This document shows, piece by piece, positions 60,306 to 64,000 of a DNA stretch of 64,000 nucleotides. Under the pieces are notes generated by a model. That model searched no databases. It was not told the origin of the DNA and worked only from the letters and a program-made list of their open reading frames with translations. Source of the stretch: Patescibacteria group bacterium. Its GTDB lineage: Bacteria > Patescibacteriota > Gracilibacteria > UBA4473. Position 1 is the first letter of the stretch, and each line of letters begins with the position of its first letter. The position numbers were made by a program, and so were the translations under genes. The stretch covers positions 512,001-576,000 of the forward strand of contig CBFIAK010000001.1 of the NCBI GenBank assembly GCA_965660445.1, given 5' to 3'.

Positions 60306-62501
60306 ATGGAGAATATGGATAATCAGAATAATAATCTTGAGAACTCTCGTCTTGAAAACGAGAATCAACATTCTTTGTCTTCACAAAGAGAGACCGAATA
60401 CGCACCTCACTCTCCCGAAAAAAAAGAAAACAATGGGATGACAAAGGGAAAAATACTTGATCAAGAAGGTGAGCAGACATCTAGTATTTTAAGATGGACG
60501 TTCTTTTTGTTTCTTGGAATCATTGCCTTGTTTTATATGGTGCTTTTGTGGTCTTTATTGTCTGGAAATGTTGACAATCCTTTGTTTCAGATTTTAGGAA
60601 TAGAATCGAGAGACTTGAAAGAGACACTTTTGAATCTCACTGATATATTGTTTGCTATAGGATCACTTATATTTTTAATACTCACACTTATTCGATTTTT
60701 TCAATGGGTGGTGCTTGAAAAAGATTCTGAAGACAGACAGAAATTTATAGTACAAACGAGTATTTATTTTTTGATTTTTGTTTCTGTTGTTGGACTATGG
60801 GTATTGTTTCGTATTTTGATAACAAATGTAAAAGTAGACACATTTGGGATTGAAAATCATATGGTGCAAACAATACCACAAAACACTATTGGATTGACTG
60901 CTCCAATATTGGTAGAGTTTGATATTGCAACACGATTATATGAGGTTTTGTCTCGTGATGTAATTCAGCAAATCAGTTGGGATTTTGATAACGACGGAAA
61001 GATAGATGCAACGGGGGATAAGGTCACTTATAGATTTCTAGATAAAGGAAAGAATAATGGACGATATCCTGTGACGGTGAGCATTGAATATGTTGTTCCA
61101 CAAACACGAGAAGAAAAAAGAATGGAGCTGGTAAGAGAAGTGATTATTTCTAATGAGTCGGTGCGTGCGAATATCACTGCCGATCAAGAATCAGGGCCGG
61201 TGCCATTGGATGTTCAGTTTTCTGCTAATGGGTCGCGAGATCCAGATGGAGAAATTATTTTGTATGAATGGGATTTAGATAATGATGGCGATTTTGAGTT
61301 AAGTGGTGATCAATTATCAGTAGTACAAAAACGGTTCGAATCGGTTGGAAACTATACAGTCCGGTTGAGAGTAACAGGGACGACTCAAGATATAGATGAA
61401 GCGACGCTTGATATTGTCGTTGGAAATTCAACGCAAGACTTAATTGCGAAGATAAATTCAGATAACGGGTTTGAAGGAATGATGCCTTTTGCGGTGACTT
61501 TTGATGGAGCTTTGTCGTTTTCTCGAGTAGGAGATATTGTGCGATATGAATGGTTTATTGAAGGGGAAAGTGAGCCTGTTGTAGGGCGTACCATTAAACG
61601 GACGTTTCGACGATCTGGAGAGTATGATGTGTTTTTAACGGTTGAGAATGATAGGGGTGAAAAAAATAGAGTTATGCAAACAATTACAGTGCTTGATAGT
61701 CAAGTCGGGACACAAGTTTCAATAAAGAGTGATCCACCATTAGACGCAGAAAGCGGACTTATACGAGGGAAAGCCCCTTTTGAGATAGAGTTTGATGCTC
61801 GTTCTTCTACTATTCGAAACCCTATTGAATGGCGATGGGATTTTGAAAACGATGGAGTGGTTGATGATTTTGCTCGTGTGGCACGTCATACGTATAGAAC
61901 TCCGGGTGAATATACCGTAAGGCTTACTATTGTCGATTCTCTTGATCGAGAGTTTAGTACAACTGAAAAAGTTTTAGTGGAAAACTTTGGGACAAATGCT
62001 GTTATTATGGCCACTCCTAGTTCAGGGGTTGCACCATTGAGAGTGCGTTTAGATGGATCGGCTTCAAAAACAGATTCAGGAGAGATAATTGCTTATCGGT
62101 GGTATTTATTAGATGAGGAACCGTTTAATTATGATGCACAGCTAGATTATGTGTTCGATACCGTTGGGACGTATCCAGTGAAACTACAGGTACTAACATC
62201 TGATGGAAAACAAGATACAGAAACGCGATACATTGTTGTGCGTGGTACGCCTTTGAAATCAAATTTTACGTACAGTATTGATAATAATAATCCATTACTC
62301 GTGAGTTTTGATTCGTCTGATGCAACGGGGACGATTGTGTCATATGCTTGGAATTTTGGAGACGGAAATGCCTCAAGGCGAGTTGATCCACAATACGAGT
62401 TTCCTTATCCAGGGAAGTTTAATGTGACGTTGAAAGTGACTGGACCAAAAGGAATTATATCTGAATATTCACAAGAAGTGACGGTTGGGGAAGGGCAGTG
62501 A
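60306..62501 (+). CDS. Membrane-anchored multi-PKD domain protein
   Basis: Three N-terminal TMs; about six PKD repeats (ISWDFDNDG, SGPVPLDVQFSA..SRDPDG..YEWDLDNDG, WRWDFENDG, SGVAPLRV, YAWNFGDG). Confidence 0.88.
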   Translation: MENMDNQNNNLENSRLENENQHSLSSQRETEYAPHSPEKKENNGMTKGKILDQEGEQTSSILRWTFFLFLGIIALFYMVLLWSLLSGNVDNPLFQILGIESRDLKETLLNLTDILFAIGSLIFLILTLIRFFQWVVLEKDSEDRQKFIVQTSIYFLIFVSVVGLWVLFRILITNVKVDTFGIENHMVQTIPQNTIGLTAPILVEFDIATRLYEVLSRDVIQQISWDFDNDGKIDATGDKVTYRFLDKGKNNGRYPVTVSIEYVVPQTREEKRMELVREVIISNESVRANITADQESGPVPLDVQFSANGSRDPDGEIILYEWDLDNDGDFELSGDQLSVVQKRFESVGNYTVRLRVTGTTQDIDEATLDIVVGNSTQDLIAKINSDNGFEGMMPFAVTFDGALSFSRVGDIVRYEWFIEGESEPVVGRTIKRTFRRSGEYDVFLTVENDRGEKNRVMQTITVLDSQVGTQVSIKSDPPLDAESGLIRGKAPFEIEFDARSSTIRNPIEWRWDFENDGVVDDFARVARHTYRTPGEYTVRLTIVDSLDREFSTTEKVLVENFGTNAVIMATPSSGVAPLRVRLDGSASKTDSGEIIAYRWYLLDEEPFNYDAQLDYVFDTVGTYPVKLQVLTSDGKQDTETRYIVVRGTPLKSNFTYSIDNNNPLLVSFDSSDATGTIVSYAWNFGDGNASRRVDPQYEFPYPGKFNVTLKVTGPKGIISEYSQEVTVGEGQ

Positions 62502-62508
62502 ATTCTTC

Positions 62509-62733
62509 GAATTCAGAATTAGGAAGTATGAATTAGGAATTATGGGGAAGCGCAGGAATCACATAGAATCTAGAATCTGGAATCAAAGTTGGAATCTTGA
62601 ATCCAGAATCTTGAATCTTGATAAAATCACAGGAATCACAAGACATTGCAAAGCCTTGTGATTCTCCCTCGATTCTAGATTCGCGCGCTTTAGCGCTCTT
62701 GTGATTCCCCATAATTCCTAGTTCCTAATTCAT
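62509..62733. repeat. Heptamer-periodic nested inverted-repeat element
   Basis: GAATTCA GAATTAG GAAGTAT GAATTAG GAATTAT and GAATCTA/GAATCTG/GAATCTT runs; perfect inverted repeats 62534-62549/62705-62720 (16 bp), 62566-62577/62671-62682 (12 bp), 62633-62642/62655-62664 (10 bp). Confidence 0.85.
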
Positions 62734-62823
62734 GATTTATTAAAAAAAGCCCGTCTTTGCTCAGAGAGCTTCGCCGCGCAGTCTTCTATTTCCGACTCGC
62801 TTCGCTTGTCGCAAAGCGAAGAC

Positions 62824-62898
62824 TGGAGCACGTGGGGGGAATCGAACCCCCTTCATCGGCTTGGAAGGCCGAGGTAATAGCCAGTATACGACACGTGC
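62824..62898 (-). tRNA. tRNA-Gly (anticodon UCC), CCA encoded
   Basis: GCACGTG/CACGTGC acceptor stem, TCGGC-CTTCCAA-GCCGA anticodon arm, GGGGG-TTCGATT-CCCCC T arm, TCCA end. Confidence 0.96.
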
Positions 62899-62947
62899 GA
62901 ATCAAGAACCAAAGAGCCAGATTATTCTATAAAAAAATCAAAAAGGG

Positions 62948-63475
62948 TCAAATTTTTTTTAATCCTAACATCAAGAAAAAAAGAACGGCTCCCACAAAAG
63001 CACCACCAAAATGCCCCCAAAAAGAAATACCAGGTAAAAGTCCAATAAATATATTAGCCCCTACTAGCACAAGCAGTGATTGAGAGAAAGGGTGATGCTC
63101 TCGTCTTAAATTGAGTAATAGAAATGTAAGTCCTCCCATCAAAATTCCAGAAAATCCAATAAGAGGTTGATGAGAGATGAATTGTAAAAGAAACACTAAC
63201 CCAAACCATAACCCAAGAAAAATATTAAAAAACGATTGTGATCCGACTTTATATTCTAATAAAGGAAATAATCGATACGTAATAACCATATTCATCGCAA
63301 AATGGAGAATATCAAAATGTGAAAAATGAGCGAAAAAACTTCCTAAATGAAGAAACCCACCCATGCTTACCACTGTGTTTTGATGAAGTATGTTTGTACT
63401 GATAAGAATAAAAAAAATAGTATTGAGTAACAAAATACTGCTCGTCACCGGAAAAGATTTGTAATAACTCTCCAT
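62948..63475 (-). CDS. Rhomboid family intramembrane serine protease
   Basis: FSHFDILHFAMNM, IGFSG (catalytic Ser), ISFWGHFGG (catalytic His). Confidence 0.9.
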   Translation of the reverse strand: MESYYKSFPVTSSILLLNTIFFILISTNILHQNTVVSMGGFLHLGSFFAHFSHFDILHFAMNMVITYRLFPLLEYKVGSQSFFNIFLGLWFGLVFLLQFISHQPLIGFSGILMGGLTFLLLNLRREHHPFSQSLLVLVGANIFIGLLPGISFWGHFGGAFVGAVLFFLMLGLKKI

Positions 63476-63564
63476 GCGTATCATAATAAGAATGTTTATG
63501 GGAAGTTCAATAGTAAAGATAAGGCTTCATTGATTTTTTCTCTCTTAGTTGGTATAATACTGTG

Positions 63565-64000
63565 ATGAATATCTTCCAAAATGGGTTTCGGCGTATCGAT
63601 GATTCTTCAGCAAAAGGAGAACGAATTACACAATGGATCGCTTTTGATGCCCATCCACAAAACCAAAACTGGCATTGGAAGTTTGCTTTTATTGGTTTTG
63701 TCTTTGTGTGTGGTGCTTTGCTTTTTTGGTTGAATAGATCGCCTCAAACAGAATCTTCGGTGTGGACGAGTATGGGGGTGGGAAACATAATTATGGTGTG
63801 TGCTATTGCCTTCGCTCTTTTTTCTTATTTTTGGGTTCATAAAAAAGGAACTCAATCATATACAGTTGATGTGTTTGAATCAGGACTCCTTATTGGAGAT
63901 TTTTTGCTTCCGGTATCATGTATCAAGAGTTACTGGTGTTTGTATACCGATGATGTGGCTTTGCTCTATGTTCTTGTGGAAAAAGAAAACGATACAAAAA
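63565..64000 (+). CDS. Hypothetical membrane protein (3'-truncated by window)
   Basis: MNIFQNGF..QWIAFDAHPQNQNWHWKFAFIG, two TMs, open to the window end; TTGATT-17-TATAAT upstream. Confidence 0.65.
   Translation, partial: MNIFQNGFRRIDDSSAKGERITQWIAFDAHPQNQNWHWKFAFIGFVFVCGALLFWLNRSPQTESSVWTSMGVGNIIMVCAIAFALFSYFWVHKKGTQSYTVDVFESGLLIGDFLLPVSCIKSYWCLYTDDVALLYVLVEKENDTK

Noticed and set aside
62509-62733. CRISPR array
   Set aside because: Units are 7 nt with no unique spacers and are arranged as inverted arms; no cas genes in the window.
18798-62898. UGA-to-Gly recoding (code 25), as in some Gracilibacteria and Absconditabacteria
   Set aside because: Long genes are intact in code 11, TGA ends genes in ATGA overlaps (18798, 19826, 56581), RF2 with SPF is present, and the tRNA-Gly anticodon is UCC, not UCA.
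62824-62898. Integrated element (att site) at tRNA-Gly
   Set aside because: No integrase and no duplicated tRNA 3' end noticed in the window.
62757-63083. 108-aa ORF spanning the tRNA
   Set aside because: Antisense to tRNA-Gly and overlapping the rhomboid gene; spurious.

Overview
AT-rich bacterial chromosome segment that looks like a Patescibacteria/CPR genome (Gracilibacteria/Peregrinibacteria-like; inferred from gene content, NLPY-type PrmC, T4SS_pilin- and PKD-rich surface proteins and near-absence of Shine-Dalgarno sites). It reads in standard code 11: UGA is used as a stop and RF2 is present. Housekeeping genes: hisS 3' end, recR, folD, glgP, rpsU, prmC, rpmG, infB, ftsA, ftsZ, prfB, uppP, nusA, clpB (with a CIRCE operator), prfA and tRNA-Gly(UCC). 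Other content: a type IV pilus cluster (two major pilins, minor pilins, a 1013-aa pilin-propeller fusion, PilC, PilM-like, a response regulator and a frameshifted histidine kinase); a divergent MoxR/vWA (Bat-type) operon; many secreted or lipoprotein orphans; and a VirB2-like pilin/PKD surface-protein cluster. Most unusual: a 12-Trp/6-Cys loop in the giant pilin; two fusions of degenerate kinases to formyl-folate domains; a ~225-nt heptamer-periodic nested palindrome beside the tRNA; a -1 frameshift at a slippery-type heptamer in the kinase gene; and an unannotated, SD-led 58-aa ORF. No CRISPR array, rRNA, transposase or integrase was seen. All family assignments are by motif recognition, not database search.
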